This document shows, in pieces, positions 10,083-19,283 of a stretch of DNA of 64,000 nt. This DNA comes from a virus. Numbering within the stretch: the stretch's first letter is position 1; each line of letters opens with the position of its first letter. The position numbers were made by a program, and so were the translations under genes. The notes beneath the pieces are model-generated. The model did no database searches and was not told where the DNA came from. It saw only the letters and a list, made by a program, of their open reading frames with translations. The stretch lies in IMG/VR virus record IMGVR_UViG_3300014202_001529; one strand, given 5' to 3'.

Positions 10083-10834
10083 GTTGGTAGCTTTTTTCTA
10101 AAGTAATAAAACGCAAGTCCAAACAGCAACACCGCCACCAGCGCCCACGCCAGCGACCTGCCCTTAATATCCTCTCCCCGATCATCCGGACTGACAATTT
10201 CCCGGAACATGCCCACAATGGCCCCAAATGGCCGAAAAAGCCAGTCGAACGAGATTCCCCCCGATGATTGTTGTGTGATATTGGCCGATACGGTGTCGGT
10301 GTTGTAGCGCAGCCGCTTCTGGTTGTTCCAGTAAGCGTAGCGGGCACCCCGCCAGGTCTCCGTCCGTTTGCTGCGGAAAGATGGATACAGTTCTGATTGA
10401 ACTGTATCTATATGCAGGAAGGTATCATACACGCCAAAACCCCTTGCGCCGGCATCCCACAATGCCCGAAAAAGCGGGCCTTTGGCCTTGTAATCTTCGC
10501 GGATCGAAACGTACAGCCGATCTACCTCTGCCTGAGCGCCAATGAACTGGAAATCTATCGCACACGCAAGCATGTGCGGACTTTGAGAAACGCCCCCTGG
10601 GGGGACGTAAGTGCGGTAGGTGGACGTTATCCGGATTGGATAGTCGAAAGCGTCGCGGATGATCTGTACGCAGCGCACTGCCTGCAAGGAGATTGGATGC
10701 GAACGCCCGATTTTCGGATTATACAGTTCAGCTTCCGTGAAATTGTCCGTCACCCGAGCGGATGAACCGGCACTGACCATCACGAAATCGTTCGGGTCGT
10801 TGGCATGCAGTGGTAAAAGCGTGTCAGGCTTCAT
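10064..10834 (-). CDS. Peptidase M15-family Zn peptidase (peptidoglycan hydrolase) with C-terminal TM anchor
   Basis: ITSTYR...SPHMLACAIDF (H-x6-D) and FLHIDT zinc ligands; terminal LAWALVAVLLFGLAFYYF followed by RKK. Confidence 0.82.
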   Translation of the reverse strand: MKPDTLLPLHANDPNDFVMVSAGSSARVTDNFTEAELYNPKIGRSHPISLQAVRCVQIIRDAFDYPIRITSTYRTYVPPGGVSQSPHMLACAIDFQFIGAQAEVDRLYVSIREDYKAKGPLFRALWDAGARGFGVYDTFLHIDTVQSELYPSFRSKRTETWRGARYAYWNNQKRLRYNTDTVSANITQQSSGGISFDWLFRPFGAIVGMFREIVSPDDRGEDIKGRSLAWALVAVLLFGLAFYYFRKKLPTWKKLV

Positions 10835-11138
10835 CTTCTTGTTCTGATTTTAGCTTTAGCCAGAGGATTGCGGCCAGCACAATGACCAATATTAGCAAAA
10901 TCCCGGTTGCGAGCTTGTAATTAAATCCGGGTTTTGGTGGTGGTGCTGGTTGTGGCGTTGTTGCTGTTGTGGCTCCTTTTTCGACGAACGCGTTAATGGC
11001 GTTTTCAAATAAAGCGCCAACGAACTCCCCTTTGTAGGGCGTGCCGGTTTCACTGTCTTTTTGCTCTTCATAGAGCTTCAAGACGTTTTCGGCAATGCCT
11101 GCATCTACTTTCATTCCCAATAGGGTGACTTTGCTCAT
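10824..11138 (-). CDS. Small membrane protein with C-terminal TM
   Basis: Pro/Thr linker followed by LATGILLILVIVLAAILWL-KLK. Confidence 0.75.
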   Translation of the reverse strand: MSKVTLLGMKVDAGIAENVLKLYEEQKDSETGTPYKGEFVGALFENAINAFVEKGATTATTPQPAPPPKPGFNYKLATGILLILVIVLAAILWLKLKSEQEDEA

Positions 11139-11158
11139 ATCGCATCTTATTTAAGAAG

Positions 11159-11173
11159 TTGCAATATACGCAA
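11159..11173. promoter_or_regulatory. Operator palindrome, variant copy (TTGCAATATACGCAA)
   Basis: Matches TTGCG-N5-CGCAA with one mismatch; lies just upstream of the 11138 start. Confidence 0.6.
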
Positions 11174-11208
11174 TTTTTGTTTTATCAAACAAACCTGTAA
11201 AGGGATTT

Positions 11209-11613
11209 TTACACTGACTGGAATTGCCGCAGCTCTATCATCCCCTCTTCGACTGCCGCGTTGAAGGCATAAAGCACCAGCAGGTAGGCCGGGTCGGCGC
11301 TTTGGTGAACATCCTGCGTTTCCAAAATCGCTTCGTGCGATTCTGTGTTTTCGCGGTAGTACTTAATCAGCCGCTCTACAATTGCAGAAGCTGCGCCGCT
11401 TTTGGTTTTATAGATCCGGTCCACTTCTTTCCACCACGGAGCACCGTGGAATCTTACATTTTTGGTTTTGGCGTTGGCAAACGGGTTGTCGCCTTCGCTT
11501 TCCGCAGCAGCGGTATTGCTGTTCTTTTTCCACAAACGAAAAGCTGCATACCACGCGGCAATGGTGAGCAGAATCAATAGTACCAGGGCAATTGTAGCGG
11601 TCGTCTTTTTCAC
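11209..11613 (-). CDS. Membrane protein with N-terminal TM
   Basis: MKKTTATIALVLLILLTIAAWYAAF-RLWKK. Confidence 0.75.
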   Translation of the reverse strand: MKKTTATIALVLLILLTIAAWYAAFRLWKKNSNTAAAESEGDNPFANAKTKNVRFHGAPWWKEVDRIYKTKSGAASAIVERLIKYYRENTESHEAILETQDVHQSADPAYLLVLYAFNAAVEEGMIELRQFQSV

Positions 11614-11620
11614 GGCATTT

Positions 11621-11824
11621 CTATTTTCTTGCAGCAGCCACGCTGGCCGCTATCATCACAATGAGCAAAAACAATAAGCCCAGGATCACATACAACAGGG
11701 TATTATCCCTGCTTTTCTGGAAATCCTTGGCTGTCATCCAATCCGGTAGCCTACCCCAGCGAGCTTCTTTGTCGGCAGCAAAAAGGTTGGTGACGGATGT
11801 TAGAAACCCAAAAATTGCGTTCAT
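11621..11824 (-). CDS. Small membrane protein with C-terminal TM
   Basis: LLYVILGLLFLLIVMIAASVAAA-RK. Confidence 0.75.
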   Translation of the reverse strand: MNAIFGFLTSVTNLFAADKEARWGRLPDWMTAKDFQKSRDNTLLYVILGLLFLLIVMIAASVAAARK

Positions 11825-11828
11825 GACT

Positions 11829-12206
11829 TTATTTTTTACGACTCAACCGCCGCATAAGGAAAAAGCCGGTAATTCCAACCAAAACCAACAGGGCAATCAC
11901 AATCGGCCAGAGCATTTGTGTGCGCTCGGCCTCCTGCTGTTTTTCGCCGGTTGGGTCATAAAACTCTTCGATGGTTGCATCCTGGCCGGAGCAGGGATCG
12001 TATCCGTAGGCAGACATCACCACACGGCGGTCCACGTAGTTCCCGGTGCATAAAAACTCATCCTTGGTTGCAAGGTTGTAGTTCCCGCTGCACGCAGCGT
12101 CGCACGCACGTTCCAAATCGGGCTGCGCACCAAACCAGCTTTTGCACCGCTGCCGGCAATGCAGTTTTTTGCAGGATTTGTACCCTAAGCACGCTTCTAA
12201 GGCCAT
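11829..12206 (-). CDS. Cys-rich membrane protein with C-terminal TM
   Basis: Eight Cys in the N-terminal domain, then TM and RRLSRKK. Start MALEAC follows the stop of the 12211 ORF. Confidence 0.75.
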   Translation of the reverse strand: MALEACLGYKSCKKLHCRQRCKSWFGAQPDLERACDAACSGNYNLATKDEFLCTGNYVDRRVVMSAYGYDPCSGQDATIEEFYDPTGEKQQEAERTQMLWPIVIALLVLVGITGFFLMRRLSRKK

Positions 12207-12210
12207 AGCT

Positions 12211-12366
12211 TTATTTTTTTCGTGTGGATGCAAATACAAGCCCGGAAACGATCAGGGCAATGCCGACTACAATGCCGACAAAAATCAATATGCGCCGACG
12301 TTTCCTACCTGCGCAATTGTTGCAGCCGCAGCCGCAATCCTCTTTTTGTTCTTGTGGATGTTCCAT
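12211..12366 (-). CDS. 51-aa membrane microprotein with CGCGCNNC motif (not in ORF track)
   Basis: Hand translation: MEHPQEQKEDCGCGCNNCAGRKRRRILIFVGIVVGIALIVSGLVFASTRKK; fills the gap exactly. Confidence 0.7.
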   Translation of the reverse strand: MEHPQEQKEDCGCGCNNCAGRKRRRILIFVGIVVGIALIVSGLVFASTRKK

Positions 12367-12369
12367 GTG

Positions 12370-12702
12370 TTATTTTTTACCTCCCCTGAACAGGAAGATG
12401 ATCAATACCAGCACAACCACCACCACCAACGCCACAATGGCGTACATGAGCGTGTTGTTCTGTTGTGGTGCTGGTTGGCCGTTATAGCCTCCCGGCGTTG
12501 GATTGGAACCGCTGCCGCCCCGGTTCAGGATGGCGTCGAGCACTGCGCCCAGGCCGGTGCCCCAACCTGCGGCGTTTTCGCCGGAGTACCAGGGATCAGT
12601 TTTTGTGCCGTCGTTTCCAGCGCCCGTAGCGGATTGGCCCGTTGTTGGCGCCCGCAATCCTTTTATGTTGGAGCCGTAGCCCTGCATGCCAATGGTTTCC
12701 AT
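12370..12702 (-). CDS. Gly-rich small membrane protein with C-terminal TM
   Basis: Gly/Asn/Pro-rich N-terminus; LMYAIVALVVVVVLVLIIFLF followed by RGGKK. Confidence 0.75.
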   Translation of the reverse strand: METIGMQGYGSNIKGLRAPTTGQSATGAGNDGTKTDPWYSGENAAGWGTGLGAVLDAILNRGGSGSNPTPGGYNGQPAPQQNNTLMYAIVALVVVVVLVLIIFLFRGGKK

Positions 12703-12735
12703 AATACTGTTGCTTTTGAAAGTGAAAACATGAGC

Positions 12736-12765
12736 GCCTGCCTGCTTGAAAAGCAGCAGGCAGGC
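12736..12765. terminator. GC-rich hairpin (weak terminator or processing site)
   Basis: GCCTGCCTGCT-8 nt-AGCAGGCAGGC perfect 11-bp stem between two ORFs; poor U-tract. Confidence 0.45.
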
Positions 12766-12776
12766 ACCTGATTAAA

Positions 12777-13229
12777 TTACTGTGGCGATCCAGCCTGGAC
12801 ACGCGAATTCGTTTCTAATTGCTTCGTATTAGCGCTGCCACCCGGCGTCGGGAAAAACCATTTCAGGATGTACGTGTAAAATCCGGTCGCCGTGGCAAAG
12901 CCTGCAATCAGGTCCCAAAAACCGGCTTTCCCATTCACAAAGAAGATAACTGCTCCTACGCCCGCAATAACGATTACCCGAAGGCGGACTTCTGTGATTT
13001 TTTTCAGGAACGGAATCCAATTCGACAGGTACGTGATCAGGATAATCAGAAACCCGTACAACGCAGTGTACCAGCTCAGCCATTCCGGCAATCCCCAGCC
13101 CGGCATGGGCAGTGGAAGTGGTTCCGGTGTGACGGTTTGTGCCAGGCACCAGGCCGTCATGGTAAATGCAAACAAAACAAGCAGCCCCATGCGCAGCATG
13201 AAGCGGTTAAGGTTCAGATGAAGGTTCAT
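12777..13229 (-). CDS. Multi-TM membrane protein with signal-peptide-like N-terminus (holin-like candidate)
   Basis: MLRMGLLVLFAFTMTAWCLA-QT followed by three hydrophobic helices. Confidence 0.55.
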   Translation of the reverse strand: MNLHLNLNRFMLRMGLLVLFAFTMTAWCLAQTVTPEPLPLPMPGWGLPEWLSWYTALYGFLIILITYLSNWIPFLKKITEVRLRVIVIAGVGAVIFFVNGKAGFWDLIAGFATATGFYTYILKWFFPTPGGSANTKQLETNSRVQAGSPQ

Positions 13230-13488
13230 TCTGTTGACGTTTTTTTATATTGGTGGTGAAATAAATTATTGCGGCCATTAACAGGCAATCTCGAATTGTG
13301 TAAGCCACAACATCCGGATAGACCAAACACGCGAACGAAGCAGCAGGAATCGTCAGCAGCAGCATTCTTTTCCACACCTGCACGCAGTCCTCCAACGCCG
13401 TGACAAATAGCAGCACGCCGATGATGAATCCTGTGTTGATCAGGATGTTAAAAAAAAACCGAGCTGTTTCTAATCCTTCTTTTTCCAC
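13207..13488 (-). CDS. Small multi-TM membrane protein
   Basis: Three hydrophobic segments. Confidence 0.6.
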   Translation of the reverse strand: MEKEGLETARFFFNILINTGFIIGVLLFVTALEDCVQVWKRMLLLTIPAASFACLVYPDVVAYTIRDCLLMAAIIYFTTNIKKRQQNEPSSEP

Positions 13489-13826
13489 GGGTTTAAGTCG
13501 TTTATCACTTTTTGCGGATTTTCCAAAAACTTTTTGGAAAGCGTTAGTATTCCTCCAATCAGGTACATACCGGTTAGTCCGAAGACAAACCCAAATCCCG
13601 CTGCGGCAGAAATTTTCAGTTCAATGAAATTCTGCACCAGCAATATTCCGTAGTAAGCCGATGCCAGTCCGGAGGCTACTTGTACCAAGGCTTCAAAAAA
13701 GGTAATGCCCTTTTGATGCGCCACGGCCAGTATGCCGCCGACAAATCCGGCAATCAGCGTCGCAGCCATTTCGCTGCCTAACTTTTCCGCCAACCACAGC
13801 TTTAGTTCGTCATTGTTCATGGTCAT
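13470..13826 (-). CDS. Putative holin-like protein
   Basis: 118 aa, about three Gly/Ala-rich TMs and a charged C-tail ending KKKD, a layout common in phage holins. Confidence 0.55.
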   Translation of the reverse strand: MTMNNDELKLWLAEKLGSEMAATLIAGFVGGILAVAHQKGITFFEALVQVASGLASAYYGILLVQNFIELKISAAAGFGFVFGLTGMYLIGGILTLSKKFLENPQKVINDLNPWKKKD

Positions 13827-13877
13827 GTGTTAGCTTTCTCCACTGGGGGGGAGCTGTGGTGTTTAGAAATCAGTTCT

Positions 13878-15770
13878 CTACGGTACTTTTACCGTCGTAA
13901 TGGCTCGACCTTCTCTTACAATCAGCCAATCGTCTGGAATTGCCGTAGTGATCGTGGTATTCGGGCTTTTCTGTATCAGCCAATCCATTTTTTGTTCACC
14001 TGCGGTTATAGTCTCCATTGCTCCAGGAAGCAAATAATTCAAGGCGCTACCCGTAGCAAATCCTTCAGGCACGCAAACACCGATAAGGCCCTCCATATCG
14101 TCCGTTACCAGAAACCATTCTTTTTGCTTCTCATGCCCGAGTATGGCGCCCAAATGGTGCGACTCCAGCCCCTTGTAAGTGAAGGTGTAAGGCTTGATGG
14201 TTTGGAACCATAGCTTGATCTTAGTTCCGGTTTTCTGCATGGATGCGCGTTGCAAGGTCGTTGTTCGCACGCCGCCGTCTACGCCGGTGATGGTTTCCAC
14301 CTTCACATCCCAACCTTCGCGCTTCAGGATCATCTCAAAAAAATGGCGGCTGTAGAATGTGGCGTCCACAAAGCCGTGGTGGTCCAGCAGCACCAGGCCG
14401 CGATTGGTAAAAAATGTCTTGGTTTTGGTCAACGCATAGTCAAATGCGGCATCGTCCTGAAGGCGTGTGTTGAACACAACCGTCAGGAATATTTCCAGGT
14501 CGCGGAAAGCGGTGCCCGAGCTTGTTTTCCAGATCGTTCGCATAGCAGGTAGTACAAAGCGCACTTCGCGGTTTTCGCGCAGGGTGCTGTCCACCGGTGG
14601 ATCGGGGTCGGGATCAGGGTCGGTATAACCTGGCTTTCGTGGATCTTCGCCGTTTTTCAGCTTGGTGTTGTCGAATTCGAGCGGGCTTTTTGAGATGATT
14701 CCGGATAGCAGCGGACTGCCATAGCCAAAGAACTTATCCCAGCCCGGTGTGCCAAGGTTGTAGCTGTTTGCGGCAATGGATCGCTCGATTTGGTTGGCTG
14801 TCGCCTGTGGGTTCATGCTCGCATGAATGCCCGCAATGCCCGCCAAAATTGGAGTGGCCATGCTTGTTCCGGACATCTGCGCGTAGGCGTTCCCAAGGTG
14901 CGTACTGATGATGTTGCTCCCTGGTGCCGCTGCATATAGCTCCGGACCGTAGTTGCTGTAGGAAGCCCGGTTGCCATTGGCGTCGGCCAAAGCGCCAATG
15001 GCGTTGGCGTTTTTATCGGCCCCGGGGTGCGAAATTTTTTCCTGTCCGTTGTTCCCGGCTGCGATGATAACCAGTTGCCCGGCATCTCTGGCTTTTTGGA
15101 TGGCGGCACTGAGCGCTGCATCCGGACTGCTTCCGCCAAGCGAAAGGTTGTGGATGACGAACCAGCCTTGTTGCTGCAACACCTTTCCTTTTTCGATTCC
15201 GGAAAGCAGAGATGCAGTAATCCAGGGGTAGTTTCCCGCGCCGCTTTTGTTCAAACACTTGTGCAAGGCTGCACGCGCCTTCCCGGCCTCCACCAGCATT
15301 CGCGCTACGCCATACTCGATGTTTCCCTTCAGGGCCGCGATGCAGCCGAGCACGTGCGTGCCGTGGCCATGTTCGTCGAGCTTGACTGTTTCTCCGGTGA
15401 AGGTTTGGCACCTGCTTTTGTCCAGCACGGCCTGCAAGTCGGGGTGATTGGAATCGCCGGCAGTATCGTGAATAAACCAGAACACTGGCCGCTGCGCCGC
15501 TGACTTAATGGCCTGGTAGTAGGCCGATGTGCCAAACCACTGGTTGGCCCAGTTGCCTGCCTGCACATCGTAGTCCGATGGCCTGATGGCAATCTGTTCC
15601 ACCGGATCGAGCACCACATCGAAGTTTTCCTTCAGCAGGCGCACTTTTTCTTCTGCCGCAGACCATGTTTGATTGTCGTATGCTTCGGGCAATCCTTCGG
15701 GGACTTGCGCCGGGAGCATGTAGGCTGCAAAGAGCAACCAAGAGAGTGATAGGATGAGTTTGAGTTTCAT
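13878..15770 (-). CDS. Subtilisin-family (S8) serine protease with Sec signal peptide
   Basis: Asp in FIHDTAG, His in GHGTHVLG, oxyanion AAGNNG, Ser in MSGTSMATP. N-terminus MKLKLILSLSWLLFAAYMLPA-Q. Confidence 0.92.
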   Translation of the reverse strand: MKLKLILSLSWLLFAAYMLPAQVPEGLPEAYDNQTWSAAEEKVRLLKENFDVVLDPVEQIAIRPSDYDVQAGNWANQWFGTSAYYQAIKSAAQRPVFWFIHDTAGDSNHPDLQAVLDKSRCQTFTGETVKLDEHGHGTHVLGCIAALKGNIEYGVARMLVEAGKARAALHKCLNKSGAGNYPWITASLLSGIEKGKVLQQQGWFVIHNLSLGGSSPDAALSAAIQKARDAGQLVIIAAGNNGQEKISHPGADKNANAIGALADANGNRASYSNYGPELYAAAPGSNIISTHLGNAYAQMSGTSMATPILAGIAGIHASMNPQATANQIERSIAANSYNLGTPGWDKFFGYGSPLLSGIISKSPLEFDNTKLKNGEDPRKPGYTDPDPDPDPPVDSTLRENREVRFVLPAMRTIWKTSSGTAFRDLEIFLTVVFNTRLQDDAAFDYALTKTKTFFTNRGLVLLDHHGFVDATFYSRHFFEMILKREGWDVKVETITGVDGGVRTTTLQRASMQKTGTKIKLWFQTIKPYTFTYKGLESHHLGAILGHEKQKEWFLVTDDMEGLIGVCVPEGFATGSALNYLLPGAMETITAGEQKMDWLIQKSPNTTITTAIPDDWLIVREGRAITTVKVP

Positions 15771-15780
15771 ATTATTGATA

Positions 15781-15795
15781 TTGTGTTTTACGCAA
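15781..15795. promoter_or_regulatory. Operator palindrome, variant copy (TTGTGTTTTACGCAA)
   Basis: 10 bp upstream of the S8 start. Confidence 0.6.
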
Positions 15796-15798
15796 TTT

Positions 15799-18606
15799 TT
15801 AAACCAAAGCATAGGGCACAGTAACTCCTGAATAGTTTTCAATCCTATAAACAGTAGACCCTGAGCTTATATACATGTTAGTGCCAGTAATTGTAAGAGA
15901 TTTTGGGTTATCACTGTTAAGAGTAGCGTAGAGTTCTACTGACAAAGTTGTCAAGTCGATTCTGTAAATAGCAGGTTTGCCACTTACATTTGAGATTATC
16001 GAAGCATACAAGATATTCCCAACAGCTTGGAAACAATTAGACACTTGCCAGTTCTGACTACCCCAACTTGATCCTGATCCCCAACCATACTGTACAGCAG
16101 TGGAGTTTGTAGATATTGTTGTAGTTGACAAAACGTTCCCAATAAAACCAGCAGTAATTCCCGTAGGTATTTCTGATTTAGCTAAAGCTGTAACCCTAAC
16201 TCTTGAACTTGATTGCTCATTCCTTAACCAGAAAACATAATCATCGCTTGAACCCATAACTCCTAAGTCAGTAGGAAGGTCAGGGTCTTGTATTTCTAAA
16301 AGATGAACGTTACTATCATCTATTACAGATAGATCAAGTTCATCTATAACTGCTATATGTGGGTAAATGTCTAAGCCTGTATTCTCATCAATCCAGATTC
16401 CAGAACCAACAGTCTCTTCAAACCTAATACCTCTTAGCCCCGATCGTGACTTAGGTTGTAGTCCTATGTAAATATAAGAACCATCTGATTCTACCCCCCT
16501 TCCATTAAACCTGCAAGTATTGTAAAACTTGTTAATGGCTTCATGTCTTGCAAGGCCATAATTAGACATATAGTTTGTCAAAGCAGTTTCACATTCAGCA
16601 TCAGAATAAGTTTCTTGAGGAAGTAAAGATTGACTTCTAACACTTACGGTATTAGCTGTGCTTAAAGCAGCAGGTAAAGTTAAAGCTGTGTTTATAGTCC
16701 CAACAATATAAGACATATACAAGTAAATATTTCTGTAAGATGAAAGCCTTACACCTTCTCCTGTCAACACCCACTGACTGCCAACTCTTTTAGCATACAT
16801 GACTTCTCTCATACCCCCTTGAACGGGGATATTGGTTCTAACCACATTTGCAGGATCAGTTACATTTAATAACTCACATCCACTGATATATCCGTAAGTT
16901 AGTAATTCGTTAGTTGCCGCATTGAATATACTCCCATTAGGACTTAGTAATCTTGATGTGTAGGATATTCTATCATAAGTTTCTAAGCCTGTTAACTCTA
17001 CAATAGCAACGCCGGAATAACTTTTACCAACAACTGCAATTAAGTTTGTACCAATCTCAATTGCATTATTTAATAGACCTACAAAAGTTGGAACTTTATC
17101 AAAATTATAAGTATGGGCTGCTTCTGGTAAAGCCCAATCTGCCGTAGCCTTTACTGTAATACTTGCAAGGTCAGGTCTTTCTGGATCAATCTCTGTTATT
17201 ATCTCTCCGTAGAAAGCGGCTCTAACTTTTGTATTACTTAATGACCTAAACCAATCTTCCCCATCAGTTGCTGTGAATAAAGTTGTTCCATCTTTATAAT
17301 AAAACCCAAGCCCGTGCTCTTCCGTATGATCCCATATAGATATTTCAGCTACGATATAGCTATCAGGATCAGTAGTTGGATTATAAGCTTGAAACGTTTT
17401 GTTATCTGGCCGTATAAACCCTATTGTTCCTGCTAAATTGTACAGAAATGCAACATATTCATCACTACTTGAAAACCCAAAATCACCTCTAAAATTAGCC
17501 TTAAAATACCTTTTTGCGCTATTAGGTACAAATAACATTCCATCAGCTTTATCAAAACTATCTGTGTAGATTGCTTCTCCTGTTTCTTTATCTATTGCAT
17601 AAGACATTAACTGAGCAGCAGAACCATAGTAACTACCAAACCCGCCTTGATATACAAACCTACCAAACCCGATATAAGCGTCAAGAAACTCAGAGCTGAA
17701 GGTTCCTGTCATAAGAGCCGGGACATCTACCCTAAAGGAGTCAAGTGTTAAAACAGCAGACCATGCGGAATCGTCAACAGGAGTTGCAGTTTCATCAACC
17801 CAAGTTGCATTATTATAACCAGTAGACAAAACGGAGCCAGTAGAATACTGGCTATCAATATAAGTCGAAGGAGATTTAATATCTATAAACTTGAAAGTTC
17901 CATCTGCTTTTACAAACAACCTTCGTGTCGCAGAAGCTATTTCTCTATCGTCGGTATGCAGCCAGTAACCACTTGTTACAGTCAATCCAGAGCTTGCAAC
18001 TTCAGCAGCTATTGTAGATACTAAAGCTGTTTCATAGTCTGGTGCAAAATAATATTCACTATAAACCCCAGCAAAATCACCATCTATCTTTACAGCAGTA
18101 AGGTTAAAAGCTCCTAACCTGTGATTCATTTCGTTGTCGGTAGAAAACGAAACATTAGTTAACTCTTTTGTTACTACATCTAATTTAAAAAGCCCGGGGA
18201 TTCTACCAAAACCTCTTGTACCAAACCAAATATCACCATCTGATGAAGGTCTGGAAACATAAGTAAAGTCTCTAAAAGAGTGACTTAAAAAAGGAGAAAT
18301 ATAAGTACTCCCGTTTGTATAGTCATATCTTTTTAACTCCCCCGTCAAACAGTTTAATTCTAAAATATAGCCATAATAAGCCATAAAATATAAACAGTTT
18401 GATTTCCAAGAATAAGACATATAAGTTCTTGGAGGCTCTGTTGTAGAGTTTGATCCAGACCTAACTATAAATCCTGTTCCTGTTTCTGGGGTTAGTTGCA
18501 AAATAGCATACGAATTTAAGAAGACTATAATCTGGTCAAGACCTGTGACATCTTTCATCAGTACGACACCTGTTATACCGACGTTCTTTATTATTTCACT
18601 ATACAT
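15799..18606 (-). CDS. 935-aa beta-rich (propeller-like) putative receptor-binding or spike protein, low GC
   Basis: Short beta-strand/turn repeats rich in S, T, G, Y and D; lies in the fibre cluster; visibly AT-rich codon usage. Confidence 0.5.
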   Translation of the reverse strand: MYSEIIKNVGITGVVLMKDVTGLDQIIVFLNSYAILQLTPETGTGFIVRSGSNSTTEPPRTYMSYSWKSNCLYFMAYYGYILELNCLTGELKRYDYTNGSTYISPFLSHSFRDFTYVSRPSSDGDIWFGTRGFGRIPGLFKLDVVTKELTNVSFSTDNEMNHRLGAFNLTAVKIDGDFAGVYSEYYFAPDYETALVSTIAAEVASSGLTVTSGYWLHTDDREIASATRRLFVKADGTFKFIDIKSPSTYIDSQYSTGSVLSTGYNNATWVDETATPVDDSAWSAVLTLDSFRVDVPALMTGTFSSEFLDAYIGFGRFVYQGGFGSYYGSAAQLMSYAIDKETGEAIYTDSFDKADGMLFVPNSAKRYFKANFRGDFGFSSSDEYVAFLYNLAGTIGFIRPDNKTFQAYNPTTDPDSYIVAEISIWDHTEEHGLGFYYKDGTTLFTATDGEDWFRSLSNTKVRAAFYGEIITEIDPERPDLASITVKATADWALPEAAHTYNFDKVPTFVGLLNNAIEIGTNLIAVVGKSYSGVAIVELTGLETYDRISYTSRLLSPNGSIFNAATNELLTYGYISGCELLNVTDPANVVRTNIPVQGGMREVMYAKRVGSQWVLTGEGVRLSSYRNIYLYMSYIVGTINTALTLPAALSTANTVSVRSQSLLPQETYSDAECETALTNYMSNYGLARHEAINKFYNTCRFNGRGVESDGSYIYIGLQPKSRSGLRGIRFEETVGSGIWIDENTGLDIYPHIAVIDELDLSVIDDSNVHLLEIQDPDLPTDLGVMGSSDDYVFWLRNEQSSSRVRVTALAKSEIPTGITAGFIGNVLSTTTISTNSTAVQYGWGSGSSWGSQNWQVSNCFQAVGNILYASIISNVSGKPAIYRIDLTTLSVELYATLNSDNPKSLTITGTNMYISSGSTVYRIENYSGVTVPYALV

Positions 18607-19282
18607 TTTTCGTTACGTTTATAGTCCCTTCCACATTTTCAAACGTTAGAATGAATGAGGAGTCAAGAACTTGAGGAGATAGAAATAGCCCAGTATCGCC
18701 TTGTGTAGAAGCAGGCGGAGTTACCCAATTTACAGGATAACCATTGGGATAGATATAAATGTTATCATTACTTCCCATTGTAGGGTTTAATCTTTTTCTA
18801 ATTACTGTAACTTGGGTTGAAGAACCTTCTTCTATTTTTCCTATATAAATAGCTTTGTAGGGAAATACTAAATTAGTCAATTTATATCCATCTGCTATAA
18901 AAGGAGCATGAACCTCCATTTCATAAATGAATCCACTATTAATAAATCCATGTACAGGTAATGTTTCTATAACAGGCAAAGCTGTTAATTGTAAATATGT
19001 TCTTGGAGAGTCTTCTGTATTTACAACTCTTTGCCCTGTTTTGATTCTTACTCTATCTCCGGGAAATAAAGTTGGATTAAATAACTCTGCTTGTTCTACT
19101 GTTTCATACCACAATGTTTGTGGGCTTGTACTATTAAACAAGCTATGGCTAAAAGCTCCGGGCTTGCCAGATACTTTGGCTATTAGCGTGTACCGAACGC
19201 CCTCATATACGTACCAGTATTTTCTACCAGCAACAAGAGTAGTTGATCCGGGGATAAATCTAATAATCGGTATCCTTGCCAT
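18599..19282 (-). CDS. Hypothetical beta-rich structural protein, low GC
   Basis: Start taken at MARIP; in the fibre cluster. Confidence 0.55.
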   Translation of the reverse strand: MARIPIIRFIPGSTTLVAGRKYWYVYEGVRYTLIAKVSGKPGAFSHSLFNSTSPQTLWYETVEQAELFNPTLFPGDRVRIKTGQRVVNTEDSPRTYLQLTALPVIETLPVHGFINSGFIYEMEVHAPFIADGYKLTNLVFPYKAIYIGKIEEGSSTQVTVIRKRLNPTMGSNDNIYIYPNGYPVNWVTPPASTQGDTGLFLSPQVLDSSFILTFENVEGTINVTKNV

Positions 19283-19283
19283 A

